Part shown: one piece after another, positions 1-14,159 of the stretch
Layout of the letters: every line of letters begins with the position of its first letter
How positions within the stretch are numbered: position 1 is the first letter of the stretch
Assembly: GCF_021869535.1 (NCBI RefSeq)
Contig: NW_026262582.1
Location: 28,582,001-28,646,000, forward strand
DNA length: 64,000 nucleotides
Source of the DNA: Mytilus californianus
Taxonomy: Eukaryota
Direction of reading: 5' to 3'
Notes under the pieces: model-generated
Told to the model about the DNA's origin: nothing
Databases searched by the model: none
Seen by the model: only the letters and a program-made list of their open reading frames with translations
Translations under genes and position numbers: made by a program

Positions 1-16
1 AAATCATTAAAGAAAC

Positions 17-177
17 AGATTCCACCACTATAACCCGTGTATTACGATATTTCTCCACTCTCCACAGTTAAATTTTAATTATTTAAAATGCTCGGCAAGC
101 CTCGCGCTTTAAATATTAAAATTAAACTGTCTCGAGTGGAGAAATATCGCAACACACGTGTTGCAGTGGTGGAATCT
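17..177. mobile_element. Short near-fully palindromic MITE
   Basis: agattccaccact...gatatttctccactc pairs with gagtggagaaatatc...agtggtggaatct. Confidence 0.8.
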
Positions 178-2313
178 ATATTTATCTATGGGTTGTAATT
201 GGGTTTGAACTAGCTTTTAGTAACTGCAAGTACTCATATTTCGGTGCTTTGTGTCTATTGTGTTTGTGTTTGTTGTTTTTGTACCTCGTACCGATCTCAA
301 AAATTGCAAATGATTTTTACAGTTTGCTAATACACCACTATTCCAGGTTAGGGGAGGGTTGATCGCTCCCGAACATGTTTAACCCCGCCACATTCTTTAT
401 GTGCCTGTCCGAAGTCAGGAGCTTGTAATTCAGTGGTTGTCGTTAATTCGTGCATGTCTGTCATATTTGTTTTTCTAAATAGTTTTGTTATAAATTAGGC
501 CGTTAGTTTTCTCGTTTATATTGTTTCTCATTTTTTTTACTATGTCGGGATTTTTTATGGCTAACTATAGGGTATGGGGTTTTCTCATTGGTGAAGGCCG
601 TACGGTGGCTTATAATTACCCACTGTTACTTCATTTTAAATTCTGGTGGATAGTTGTCTCATAGACAATCATACCACATCTAAATATTTTTTATATTGAG
701 CAAATCGAAAATAATCCAAGCTAATTCATGATATTGTTATATTTTATATCTATTTTGCGTCGTTAGTTTTGAATGATGTAAATGGAAAGTGGATAGCAAA
801 AAATGATCATTTAGGTTCCAAAAAAATTGTTCAAAATGTCATTATATGATTGCATTGTAATAGAATATTCCATAATGTAAATAAATCCCCCCTCTTCTTA
901 AAAAAACAAAGTCTGCTAGAAGAATGTATTGCACGAAAAATAATACCTTCAGAGTTCCGTTGATATTTTATTTATGATATTTTTTTTTTAAATACATAAT
1001 AGTTTAAAAATACCTCGGAAGAATCAAATACCATCAGTCGAATAAAACAGATAATACCACGGAAAAAAAGGAAACATTCGAAAATAAATAGTTCACAAAA
1101 CATTACACATAAAGCTAAAGCTTGAGCAAGAAAAACCCTCCACTCAACTGTAGATGAACTCAGAGGCTCCGGAAGGGTTAACAGATCCTGTTTCACTGGC
1201 GACATCCGCCGCATAATATCTGTTAATTACATTAACAGTCCAGTGATAAAGTGTAACACAATAGAATATTTTTCAATGTTTCCTATACCTGACCCTAAAA
1301 CACCCAAAATCTCTCAGTCTTATCCCTTTTATGATTCATAGACCAGCGGAGCATGTAAATTATCTAAACCTTAAACTTAATAATTAAATATTGAGTCGAA
1401 TCTATAAAAAGTCTTCCCCTTTACTAATCTTCAATAAAACGCAAGTTGTCGGAATAGTACTGATCTAGTCAAATTTATCATGACTATTCAATTCTAAATA
1501 TGATCCAAGTAAGTTGAAATAAAATTTCATTATATTGATTTAAATATTCCTTTCTAACCCATCTTACCAAGTATGAGTGGGATGACATGCTTTTTGGGTG
1601 TGGGATAAAGTTGGGGAAAAAGTAGGGATATTGGATATGGGGTAAAAAGTGGGAATCTGGGATCTTGGAAAAAAAAAACAAAAAAAAAAACGAGGAAGAT
1701 TGAAAAATTACAAAATAAGCACCCCCGTCTCACCCCCTTAATTTTTATTAGGTCAATTTAAGTTGACGAAACGGTTGAATAAGAGGATAACATGTTGAAG
1801 AAAGAATAAAGAGATGACAAGTAAAATCGTTTGTTTCGTAAATTTTATACGCTGCAAAGATCATTTGGGATTGATTGGTTGTTGTTTGTTTACGTCCAGT
1901 GTTAAATATTTCATGCATGAGTACAAATTAACAATTCTAAATTTTAATTACAATAGGTTGGTCGTAGAAAAGGGGTTCGACCGGGATAACGGGCGGGAAA
2001 TTTGGAATGCCACAGGAAAATGAGGGTACATTGTATAGGGAGCTAATTATAGCCTTGCAACAGGCCACCTGCGGACCTCTCAAAGAGTTGTTACACGGGT
2101 TCTTGATGAACAGAGAGTATAACACTCTTTCTATCCTAGACATCAGATTTATCGCCCGAACAGCCGACCGGAAGCCATACCTTGGCAAGAGTTTAATTGC
2201 CGGTCAGAAGAAGACCAAGGGTGACCATATTTCTATCTATAACAGTTTTTCGATTAATCATGTTTTCATTTCAAATTTCCACATGCGGTCATATTCTAAG
2301 GCATAATAGCTTA

Positions 2314-3552
2314 GATGTAACAACGGCATTTTGATATGTTACAATGGTATTTTGATATGCAACAATTGTATTTTGATATGCAACAATGGTATTTTAATAT
2401 GTAACAATGGTATTTTGATATGTAACAATGGCATTTTGATATGTAACAATGGTATTTTGATATGTAACATTAGTATTTAAACATGTAACAATGCGGGTAT
2501 TTGAATATGTAACAATTGTATTTAATATGTAACAATGGTATTTTGATGTGTAACAATGGCATTTTGATGTGTAACAATGGCATTTTGATATGTAACAATG
2601 GTATTTTAACATGTAACAATGGTATTTTAATATGTAATAATGGTATTTTGATATGTAACAAAGGTATTTTAATATGTAACAATGGTATTTTGGTATGTAA
2701 CAATGATATTTTAACATGTTAGAATGGTATTTAAATATAATAATGGTACTGTTATATGTAACAATGGTAATCTGATATGCAATAATGGTATTTTAACATG
2801 TAACAATGGTATTTCGATATGTAATAATGCTATTTTTATATGTAACAAATGTATTTTAATATGTTACAATGGTATTTTGATGTGTAACAATGGCATTTTG
2901 ATATGTAACAATGGTATTTTAACATGTAACAATGGTATTTTAATATGTAATAATGGTATTTTGATATGTAACAAAGGTATTTTAATATGTTACAATGGTA
3001 TTTTGATATGTAACAATGGTATTTGATATGTAACAATGATATTTTGATATGTAACAATGATATTTTAACATGTTAGAATGGTATTTAAATATACTAATGG
3101 TACTGTAATATGTAACAAAGGTATTCTGATATGCAATAATGGTATTGTAACATGTAACAATGGTATTTCGATATGTAATAATGGTATTTTTATATGTAAC
3201 AAAGGTATTTTAATATGTTTCAACGGTATTTTGATATGTAACAATGGTATTTTGATATGTAACGATGGTATTTTGATATGTAACAATGACATTTTAACAT
3301 GTTAGAATGGTATTTAAATATAATAATGGTATTTTAATATGTAACAATGGTATTTTGATATGTAATAATGGTATTTTAATTTGTAACAATGATATTTTAC
3401 CACATAACAATGATATTTGAATATGTAACAATGATATTTTGATATATAACTGGAATATTAACATGTTAGAATGGTATTTAAATATAATAATGGTATATTA
3501 ATATGTAACACAGGTATTTTAGTATGAAACAATGATATTTTGATATGTAACA
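2314..3552. repeat. 21-bp minisatellite (tgtaacaatggtattttgata), about 1.24 kb
   Basis: Direct tandem array; explains the 7-aa periodic ORFs (CNNGILI, YHCYISK, KIPLLHI). Confidence 0.98.
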
Positions 3553-5492
3553 AATGACTCGCATCAATTGTGTTTTACAAATGGATTTAAAATATATGAA
3601 AAAAAACAATAAAACAATCTCCCCTAAACATGCATCCCCCCTCCTCCTGAAAAAAACCATGAAAAACACAACCCAAAATCAGAAAAGATCACAAAAAAAC
3701 TAACAAAATAAAAGTGCTAACCTTTAAACTTCATTGTTTTACACAAAGATTTTTTCCAATACGATATTGTGTAAAGTATAATCACTTGATGAATTTCATA
3801 AGTTTGTAATTACAGGAATAACACGACAGTTCTAAGTAGTGGAGCACTGCCGGCCCTTACAGGTCACCCTAGTTTACAATAATTATTTGTATGCTTTTCA
3901 CCATGTCATCCGTTTCTTTTCAAGTTTGCCTGAGTAGTTTCTGAAGGGTAAGCTGTTAGTTTGTATTGACATGAATTCAGAAATGTTAATGAATTACCAT
4001 GTTGAAGTTATTTAAAAAAGTTAATTAATAAGTAAACAGTTCATTCCTTCAGTACTTTCTTACAAGTGAAAAATTTATATTTACCCCTTCAACAAGAAGA
4101 AACAATATTACAGCCTTCTACAGCTGTGTATTTCTATTTTATAAAGTTTTACTTTTGTTACTAAGGAACAGCATCATTTATATATATTTCACCTACTGGC
4201 CAATGCCGTTTTTTTCAACGATTTTTTAAAATTTTAATTTCAAAAATCATGAAAAAAAAATAATTTGCCAGAAGAGAGGAGGAAGGTAAAAAGGGGATAT
4301 AAGAAACTCACAAATAGGAGGAAACTGACGACATCATTGAAAGGAACGAAAAACGCCAAAACGACTAACAAGTACATAAAACACTTCATAGAAAATCAAT
4401 GAAGGAGTAAAACGACCCCCCACTAGAAACCAGATGTGATCTCACTAAAATGCAAATTTCTCATTTATGCGGTGACGACGATTATCCTCATTTAATTATC
4501 CCGATTCGGAATCAGAAAAAAAACGAGATTTTGTGTATTTAATTTATGAAAGGGTATTAATTTTGACATAAGGGAAAACAAGGACGTAGTGTGACTGCCA
4601 TTGAAAAAAATATCCATCAGTGAAAACACTTATATGTTATAATTGTCAAATGTTATAATTTCATTGAAAATTTTTTGGCTTTCATGCAGAAACAAGATTT
4701 TTCCATACACGCTGTAGCACTTATTAGTCGATTTCGAAAAACGAAACTCGTCAAAGACATACCACAGTCTACAAAACACAATATAGAAAACTGAAGACTG
4801 AGCAACACGAACCCCACCAATAAGCATGAGATTATATATGATTTCTCATTCAAGTCCAACTTTTCTATACCAAATTAACTTACCGGTGCGTATGGATATT
4901 CAGCTGTATCTTGTGGAATATTGTGTACAGTTACGTTTCTTTAAATAACAAGTATATACAACATGTCTTCAATGAAAAATTTGTTCATAACACGTGTTCA
5001 TACATATTTATTTGAATTTGTACTGAACAAATAACCTATATGTTAAATGTTGTTGAGAAGGTAACTTGGTTCTTTTTTTTTTAAATGGCCATTGTTTCAA
5101 ATGTTACATGCGTACAACATGCACTTAAATGACGTTGGTTTCAGGACTAGAACAAGCATGACTGACGTACTTGAGACTTTGCCAAATCGTGCTTTCTTTA
5201 TAGACTACCTTCTATAAAATGAAATTTTTGGACATCAGCCATTTTTTTTCCTTTCAAAAAAAGGGGATATGTGGACATTTTTTCTTTTTGTAGATTTTTA
5301 AAGTAAAAAACAAACACATCTTGTAGCAATTTTAAAGAAAATAATCCTATTGGTTACCTTTTTTTCAATTTTTTGTTTATCTCTTTACTCATTTCAGGAT
5401 AATTTACTACTCAAGCATAACACTACAAGTTCTGCAGTATTGATTGATTGTTTTTTTTGTGTTTTAAGCCACTACATAGCTCTTGTTTATAT

Positions 5493-5593
5493 CCAAACTC
5501 CGAAACAGTAGAAACGTCCGCCTTACTACGCTACGTTGACTTTAGTCACTGCATAGTTTAGCAAAGCTACATCACCACTGTTTCGGAGTTTGG
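5493..5593. mobile_element. 101-bp MITE inserted in the tail of a SINE
   Basis: 17-bp TIRs ccaaactccgaaacagt / actgtttcggagtttgg. Confidence 0.7.
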
Positions 5594-6047
5594 GTTATAT
5601 CGCGACGGCCATGTTTTATAGGTTGCCAATGGACCTGGAGGGAACCACCGATCTTCGGTAGGAAAACTGACAATCCGAATCAAATAAGATTGGAGTCGAA
5701 CCTGTCAGCTGATGGAAATGCACAACAGAACAAACTGAACACTATTTGGTTGGTGGCATGGGGCAAACGTAATTACCGGTTCATAATGATACATCATTGA
5801 ATCAGAATTTTTATAATTTTGTAAACATTTTTCTTCGAAGTTGTTTGGTGTATATGCTAAAAGGTTATGTTTAAATAATATTTTTTCCCGAAAATGAAAC
5901 GAAAAAGTAAATGAAACAGTAACACACATCAACTTATAAACAGAAAATACAATTTGAATCTATTATTGCGAATGACATTAATATTTCTACAAGTCAATAA
6001 GCAGCAGATTATCGCGACCTAAATTGCGTATTTAACGGGTTCCGTTA

Positions 6048-6314
6048 GGGAGCTACCATTTGATTTTTATGGGGGGGATGGGGGGCTAGGATGAAATTTG
6101 AAAAAAATAGGCAGGACAGGAGTTTTGAGTAAAAAAAAAGGCAGGATGAGATTATTTGCAAAAAAAAAAAAAAGGCAGGATGACAATTTATGTTAAAAAA
6201 AAGTCAGTATAAACTAAAAAAAAAATGCAGGACCGAATAGAGTGAAAAATAAAAAGGCAGGACAAAATTTTTCATCCTGGCCCCCCACCCCATAAAAATC
6301 AAATGGTAGCTCCC
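6048..6314. mobile_element. PIF/Harbinger (Tourist-like) MITE
   Basis: TIRs gggagctaccatttgatttttatgggg / ccccataaaaatcaaatggtagctccc; TSD TTA on both sides. Confidence 0.9.
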
Positions 6315-8153
6315 TTATGTCGTCCAATGTTTGATTATATCGAAATCTTGTCTTTTAATTTTCGTAAAAACAAGAGTTCAATATCTTATTAAAGATGGAC
6401 ACTGATCGCAGATAACTCGTCTATAGGTATGGTACGGTAGTTATGTCTGACTATGCAGTATGGGTTGGTCATTGTTGAAGGCCGCACGGTGACCAGTAGT
6501 TGCTTTCATGTTCCGCATGAACTATGGTTGAGAGTTGGCGAAATAGCAATCATACCACATCTTACTTTTAAATGCGATTTCCTGTACATGCATTATGTAA
6601 TAATAAAGCAAATGCATATTGTGGATATATGGGTAATTTTCAAAAAATGTCGAATTTTGAAATTGCAAAATTGATTTAAAGTTACCTATTCAAACAACCC
6701 TCGTCATAAGCAAATCAAAACAAACAGTACTTATAGAACAACATATAAAAAGATGCAATCTTGATAATGTCATACAAGAATATATTGAAACATTTTTTGA
6801 TAGGTCGTGCAATATTTTGTCTCTCCTGTTACCATATTCAAAAGAAATTTCGCGTTATTTAGAAAAGGTTTCGATAAAATTTTAAGCTTGTTTTTCGTAG
6901 CCAGTAAGATCGTTTTCAAGAGTAAAAACTTATATATATATTCATTCTGTGAAATAATAGATTATTTGCCAATTTTCCATGTTGTACTGAAAAATGCCTC
7001 TAAAAATTGGTTTTCAAAGGTTATAAAATAACCACCAGTAATGCAAGTCTAAGAATGCAATTAATAATGATCAGCATTTTTTTTCTCTTCAAATAAACCC
7101 AACATCAAGTAAATCCCTCGCACGTTGGTTTACTTTTGTCTTTATTTTATTGGTAACAGGAACGTACGTTAATGATATATCACTACATTAAGTTCTATCC
7201 TGTTACCTTTTTGTCTATCCTGTTACCGATAGCAGTATTGCACCTGCAAATGCTAAATTGCGAAGATTAAGACGTTATAACCTTTAGATGAATTCAAACA
7301 ACGAAACATTTCGTTATGTGTGCAACTATATGTTATTATAAACTTTTTAAAGACGTTTCTGTTTACTATTGTCTATCCTGTTACTGTAACCATAGCAACC
7401 ATAGTAACAGGATAGACATAACAGGATAGACAAATTTCTTCATTTTTGAATGCTGTTGTGAAATAACTACTCCCTTTGATGAAGTGATAATGTTTTTCTG
7501 TTGTGATTTTTGTTTCCAACACGTTATTGCACTTTTTTAATAGTATAATATTGTAATTAATCAATATGTTGGTAACAGCATAGACATGACAAAAAAGTAC
7601 CCACTATTTTTTTTTCACTAAATGTCTTGAAATTTCTTTTCTCTACACTGTTATACAAGAAACTTGATGTGTTAAATGTTAAGGTTACTTTGCGCTTTTG
7701 AAATCAACACTGACTAGTTCAATATTCATAGGGAGAAAAATTTAACGGCTGGTTTAAGTAGCGGTAACAGGATGGACATGAACTTCATGTACGCTGATTA
7801 AATTTAGTTTGTAGAAAAAATGTTATATATAATAATAAAGAAGCTACGATTTTTCGTTAGAGTTATTATTTACGTTCTAAAAAAGTCCCTTTTGCAGATA
7901 TCAAGGCGATCAGAAAATAGGAAAAAAATCATTTGAAATGAGTTACTCGGACACTGTACGCACATAAATTACGCAAAAATCGGACTTAAATATATTTTAA
8001 TCTTATCAAAATAGATCTAAATCGTGTTTATTATGAATGTTCTGACTCATAAATCCTACAAACTTTCATTTAAACACTTACAACTGCATTTTCCATTAAA
8101 AATTAGCATGGGTGTACTGAAAATTCGACATTTTTTGAAAATGACCCATATAT

Positions 8154-8388
8154 AGAATAATACATGACAAAATCCGTATCGCATGCTGTATCACCACGAG
8201 AAACCAATATCAGTCCCGAGGGCCGAAGGTCCCGATGGCTGATATTGGTCGAGTGGTGATACAGCATGCGATACGCGCCCAAATATCAAAAATCGAAATA
8301 CATTGTTAGATTCAGCATATCGAAGAACCCCATATATTCAATTTTTGTTGAAATCAAACAATATACGGATTTTGCCATGTATTATTCT
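8154..8388. mobile_element. Palindromic MITE with a ~90-bp insert in its right arm
   Basis: The arm agaataatacatgacaaaatccgtatcgcatgctgtatcacc pairs with its complement, which is split at atacg (8271-8275 and 8363-8367). Confidence 0.75.
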
Positions 8389-9105
8389 GTTTATCATATA
8401 TTTTAATAGAATCAGATTCATGGGATATATATTTTTTTTTAAATCGTCCGAAATTATAAGCTAGAAAAGAACATTATGATTTTCCTGTATTTTTCCAGCA
8501 GACTTGTTTTTTTTATAGACTTCCTTATTTGCTTTATATCCACATCGTAATGTCCCCTATAACCTTATCTCATTCTCAATATACGTTAAAGACCATGTAT
8601 TAAAATGCATCCACTAACGATACTGTCCTATTGTTTCAACTAAAATTAATATTTATCAAATAAATATCATAAGATGTAGAAATGTTTAAAGTTTTCTTGT
8701 GTATTTGGCGATGATATTATTTATGATCATTTTAGTTTTCTGACGAGGTGAACAGCATGAAAAATATGTCTTGAAAAGTTTGCTATCTATTCTAACCAAA
8801 TTAAAATCGTAAAAATTTGCATTTGTGTTTAATCCATCAGGTAATTAAAACAAACTTCACGAAAATTATGACCAAATAAACAATAAAACTTTTGATATTT
8901 CTACATTTTATAGTGTCTTTTTTTTATATATAAAAATCGCTCGTAAAATTACTGGATAATAATTTTTTGAAAAATATCGATTTTAGTGGAAATGATGGGA
9001 CATTTGTTTTAGTGGGAACTCATTTTTTTCCTATGCCAGGAAATACAGCAACTGGACGTCATAGGTCAAACGTTGACGTCATTCGAATTATGACGTCACG
9101 CCAGG

Positions 9106-9218
9106 TATGCGATACGGGTTTTGCTATGTGATACGGGGTATGCGATACGGGTTTAGCTATGCGATACGGGGTATATGATACGGGTTTAGCTATGCGATAC
9201 GGGGTATGCGATACAGGG
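9106..9218. repeat. Short tandem array of atgcgatacggg(gt/tttagct), ~33-bp compound unit
   Basis: Alternating 14- and 19-bp subunits are visible. Confidence 0.85.
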
Positions 9219-9981
9219 TAGATGATAAAGACTGAAAAAAGAACCTTTTTTAGATATACAAAATTTCTGTATTTTGTACTAAATATATGATAAACCGGTA
9301 TAATAAAACTTGAGGTTTGTTTTAAAGACGTCTAATTTGCAGTATTTGTGGAATTGGGCACAAGCAAAAAACCTGTATTTAATTATAAGACGTCATAATG
9401 AAAACAGCTACATAACAACTTGACCCAAACTTTGACCGTTTTTACCTGATCATGGCTTGTGTATGATTTGCTCGATTTGGAAACAAATATTGAAGGCAAC
9501 TTGGACCTCTATGGAGACAACTCTGACAATAAGTAGATACGACTCTGTCCGTACGACCACTATTAATCAGCAAAAACACTTACGGTATTGTTAAGTAAGA
9601 TACAAAATGCCCCGGCATGACCAAACGTAAAATAATCAACAACAAGAAAAGAAAAGACAATCACAAGTCTGGTTTTTCCCAACAAAGAACAATATACGAC
9701 AGACAGCAACCAACAAAAACCACCATCTACTGTCTTGGATGAGACTCGCATATAGAATGTGGTGGGGTTTAATCCGCTCTAACCTAGAAAAATGGTGAAA
9801 CATAAAAACAAACTGTAAAAAACATTTAGAAATGGGCTTGATTCATCGTAGAACATGTATTACAAAACCAACAAACAAAAAGACAAAAGCAGAAAGGACC
9901 GATCTTAGAATAGGCCAGGCACAGTTAATAGTTAGAAAGTCCATTTCAACTGAAAAATAAATCGTGCATTCCTAGAATAAA

Positions 9982-10216
9982 GGGCACTGTGGCCGAGTGG
10001 TCCAGCTACTGTATCACTAGCCGGTCAGCAATGAGGTTGTGAGTTCGAATCCCGCACGTACTCTAATCTTAATTGACTAGGATTGTCAGTTTTCCTGTCG
10101 AAGGTCAGTGGATCTTTCCTGGCATTCTGGATCCTCCAACAATAAAACTGACTACAACGAAATAGCACAATAGTATTGAAGGTGGCGTAGAACCCCAATC
10201 AACCAATCAATCAATC
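9982..10216 (+). mobile_element. tRNA-derived SINE
   Basis: A box tggccgagtgg (9990-10000), B box gagttcgaatc (10041-10051), conserved body ggattgtcagttttcct, and (AATC)n tail. Confidence 0.88.
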
Positions 10217-10776
10217 CCAGATGAAAACACCAATCAGTACACATCCAAAGGATTTAGTATAAAGTTAGACGTGTATTGGAGAGTTTAACCCTCCTCTTAC
10301 CTAGAACAGAGGTATGATAAAAAAGTCGAAGAACAATCTGAAAAGAAATAGCTGGAAAGGCTTGACTCATTGGATCGACACGAGACACAAAAAGAAAACA
10401 AACTAAAAAAAAGTCAAAAGACACAAAGTATCGATCTAAGAGTCCTCGCAGTCACTAAAATCTGGTTCACATTAAGCCAATTAAAACTTACAAAATAAAT
10501 AATTTGTTTTCAAAATTAGTATATTTGTTAGTACAAATCCCACGAATTGAGAATACATTTTTTCATAACATATGGTTATATAAGACCAGAACAAACATGA
10601 CGTACTTGTGAAGCCCGCTTCCAGGTGCGGGATTTTCTCGCTATGTTGAAGACCCATTGGGTTGTTTTCTTCTCTTTGGTCGGGTTTTTGTCTTTTTGAC
10701 ACATTCCCCATTTCCATTCTCAATTTTAAATCTTAACAAAGATTAATTCCATGACACCATAATAAAACACAATTTA

Positions 10777-10929
10777 GGAGATAACTGTATTGTATTTTAA
10801 GCTTGGCATTCGTAAAACGCAGATTTGAGTTTACCTAGCGACGTGTAGCGGAGCTAGGTAAAAGGATATTTGCGATGGTAAAATCAAGCTTTACGAAGGC
10901 CAAGCTTAAAATACAATACAGTTATCTCC
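10777..10929. mobile_element. Short palindromic MITE
   Basis: 30-bp perfect arms ggagataactgtattgtattttaagcttgg / ccaagcttaaaatacaatacagttatctcc, plus an inner tttacctagc/gctaggtaaa hairpin. Confidence 0.85.
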
Positions 10930-12808
10930 ATTCTAATGCCACATATTAAAATAAATTCCATTTAATAAATATTTTGGCTAAAAATGCCATAAATGAAAAA
11001 GTCCGCGAAACTGTTGCATCGTCACTGGACGCATTTATACTTTTCGTGCGCTTCTGAATAGTTTCAATATTGACAAAATGAAGAGTCACAAAATGCGACT
11101 TTCATGTTTATTTTTTTTGAGAAATTGCATACCAAAAAAAATAAAAAAATCGAAATTCAAAATGGTGTCTTTCTTAGTTACGGACTGTTAGAACGTGGAA
11201 TCTAACCCTTCAAAATATTTGTCAACGTCCAATGAAAATTATCCTTCAAACGAATTTGCATTAGAATTTTTTTTTCTCAAATCTTTAACTGCCGCTTCAT
11301 GGCTTTGACTAAACATATTCATTTATTACTGCAAAAGTATTTTACTTGTGTGTATTAATTTGGAGATAATGAAAAACAAACTTATTTTAAACACCAAAAC
11401 ATCTAACAAAACATACTAATGTATGCTTTAGAGTCATTAAAATATACATAAAGATACACATCTGTTTTATGGGGAAAAGTTAGGGGTCTGCGTTCAAAAT
11501 TAGTTAATTATTTACAATTTACAACAAGACAAATTAACTTAAAATAAAAAAAAAAGAAACTGGTGTTGGTAAAGAGACAACACGAAGTTGGTGAACGTTT
11601 TTTGACTTTTTTGTTCCCAAAACCTGGACTATAACGGTTTTTTTTTCAGTGCAGAAATCTGAAAAGCAATGATAATTTCAGATTGATTTGCAGCATATAT
11701 TAACACTTTTTAAATTATATTGACTTGAAATGTCAAACGGACCTCCGCTATAAACATGTGATTGTAAAACACAGAGAATAAAATTGAGAATAAAATGAGG
11801 AATGTGTCAAAAAGACAACAACCCGACCAAAGAGCATAAAACAGTGCAAGGCCACCGATGGGTCTCCAACACAGCGAGAAAATCTCGCATCCAGAAGCTG
11901 CACAATACCTTAACAAGCTATTACTTCATAAAAGAAGAAAAACAATGAGAAAAAGGCAATATGCAAACTGGATGTATGTTTCAAATAATATTTACTAATA
12001 TAATTCTGAAAACAAATAATTTTTATAACAAGAACAAATATCGGTATGCGTATCTTTTCGTTCAGTACATATAAGTTAATACGAAAAAGGTTGTTCTAGT
12101 ACAAATATGTCTATAAAATACGACATCTGGGTTAACTTGTATTATTTACGTTTTCAGTTGATTAAAAACTGTGAGCAAATAACGAGAAATTCTGCACTCC
12201 ATTTTCAGTGTCAGTAAGTATGGTTTGTAGAAATTTGATATCTCATGACAAGTCTTAAGTTAGTAAGGGACACGGCCGTCACTCGGCTAACCGAGAGATT
12301 GGTCGGTTAATCTATATTGAGTATGCGGCTATATCGACGGTTGGTCTGTTAATTGGATTGGCTAAAGTCCGTTAATCAGGTGTTATCGAGAAAATACTTG
12401 CAAGTTCAGTATGTTTCATTGTATAACTTTTTAAATATATTTTTTATCATAAAAATTATTCATGTCGGACAAAACAATTCAATGTACTGAATCCAGTGGT
12501 GTAATTATTTTTTTTCTAGCTTCGATAAACAATCAATAAAATGAAAAGGCGGGTTACTCACCAATAAATTTATACACATTTTACACACACAAAATGTACA
12601 CAAAATGACAACTTGGCTGAATTTACTTGCATGCAATATTTTGAACATCGAAAAAAGACAGGCATTATGTTTGTTAACCATATTAATATCATTGTATGAA
12701 AAATCTACACGAAAATCTGTATTTTGGTGATATTAATCAATTTTGATTAAAAACCTGGTCTGTTAATGGATCGGATGTATAAAACCCGGTCTGTTATTTG
12801 GTCTGTTA

Positions 12809-14042
12809 GGGGACGACCATTTGATATTCTTGGGGGGGCCAGGAGGATTTGTTTTTGATCGGTTATTTATTTTTGTAAACTAAGAGGACAGATTATCTAT
12901 TTTCTGCACTGTTGAAGCAAGATTTTTCATTTTCATTAAAGCAAGGGACTGATTATTTATTTTCACAACTATATTTATAATATTTGAAAACATACAATTT
13001 TTAAATTTATTTTTTATTTTAAATAATACATGAATAGTCCAATCATTATGTACCATTTAATCAGAATTAATCATCATCATCTGTAGAAATGAATCTTTTG
13101 AATCCCAACTGCATATACATGTTTTGCATACATACAAGATATTAAAGTTTGGCTGTAATTAGTGTCTTTTAAAAGTATTGCAAATCATTTATGCCGAGCG
13201 GAGCGAGGCTAAAAAAAATTTGAAGGGTTTTGGAGCCGCTGAAGGCCCCAAGTTGCTATAGAACTAATGATGCAAAATGTGTTTCCCATACCCTTTCTTA
13301 ATCTGAAAATGAAAGTTCTGTTTTAATCATTTTTTGACAATATTTTGGTCTCAAAGCAACATATATAGATTCAGTGTAAGACTTAAGTTTTAAGGAACAA
13401 CATCAAAAGACAAAGATAAAGCACAAATTTAATTCACATAGTTAAGTTTGTGGCTGCTGTTTTTTTTTAAACTCTTGATCAAGTTAATAACAAAATTACT
13501 AAATTACAAAAGGAATGCAACACTAACAGAATACAGAAGGGCAATCAATGAACAAAAGACAAATAAATAAGAAACATTGATCCCGTAAAAACAGGAGCTA
13601 CGTCTGAGGGAGAACAGAACTTGCTTCTTGCAAGACACTTGCCGTGAAAACAATTTGATATGAAGACAAGCTTTTGGTTTTGAAATTTCCTACATGAGGC
13701 ATTTGCCTGAATGTAGTTACTGCCATATGTAATAAAAGTGAGTTAAGTGTTCCTGAGACAATATACCTCAAGTTAAATGAAACCCATTTTTCAGACATTT
13801 CAAGAATTTTAAATAATATTTATACTTTTATTATTCAAAGATTTGGGAAGTGAATCTGGTGCAATCTCATGCTCTCAAATAGACCTGCCGAGTTATTTAT
13901 TTTTAATACATTGCAAGTCAGGTTATTTATTTTCAAACTACCACAGAACAAACCATTTATTTTTGTGATTATCAAGGCTGAGTTATTTATTTTCAAAATC
14001 CTCCTGCCCCCCCCCCCCCCAGAATATCAAATGGTCGTCCCC
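12809..14042. mobile_element. PIF/Harbinger-like non-autonomous element, 1.23 kb
   Basis: TIRs ggggacgaccatttgatattct / agaatatcaaatggtcgtcccc; TSD TTA on both sides. An orphan related TIR lies at about 16375-16397. Confidence 0.88.
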
Positions 14043-14159
14043 TTAAGAGTTATGAATGGCAATGAATTCTGTTTCGTTGTTATGAATGACACCAAATTGT
14101 CATCTACATTGGTAACCAGTATATACATCATTTTTATAGTTCGTTCTTATGTTGTACTG

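Noticed and set aside
2394-3305. Several 68-107 aa ORFs with 7-aa periodicity
   Set aside because: By-products of a stop-poor 21-bp minisatellite, open in several frames on both strands.
9982-10060. tRNA gene
   Set aside because: It has A and B boxes but no complete cloverleaf, continues into a shared SINE body and tail, and has other decayed copies.
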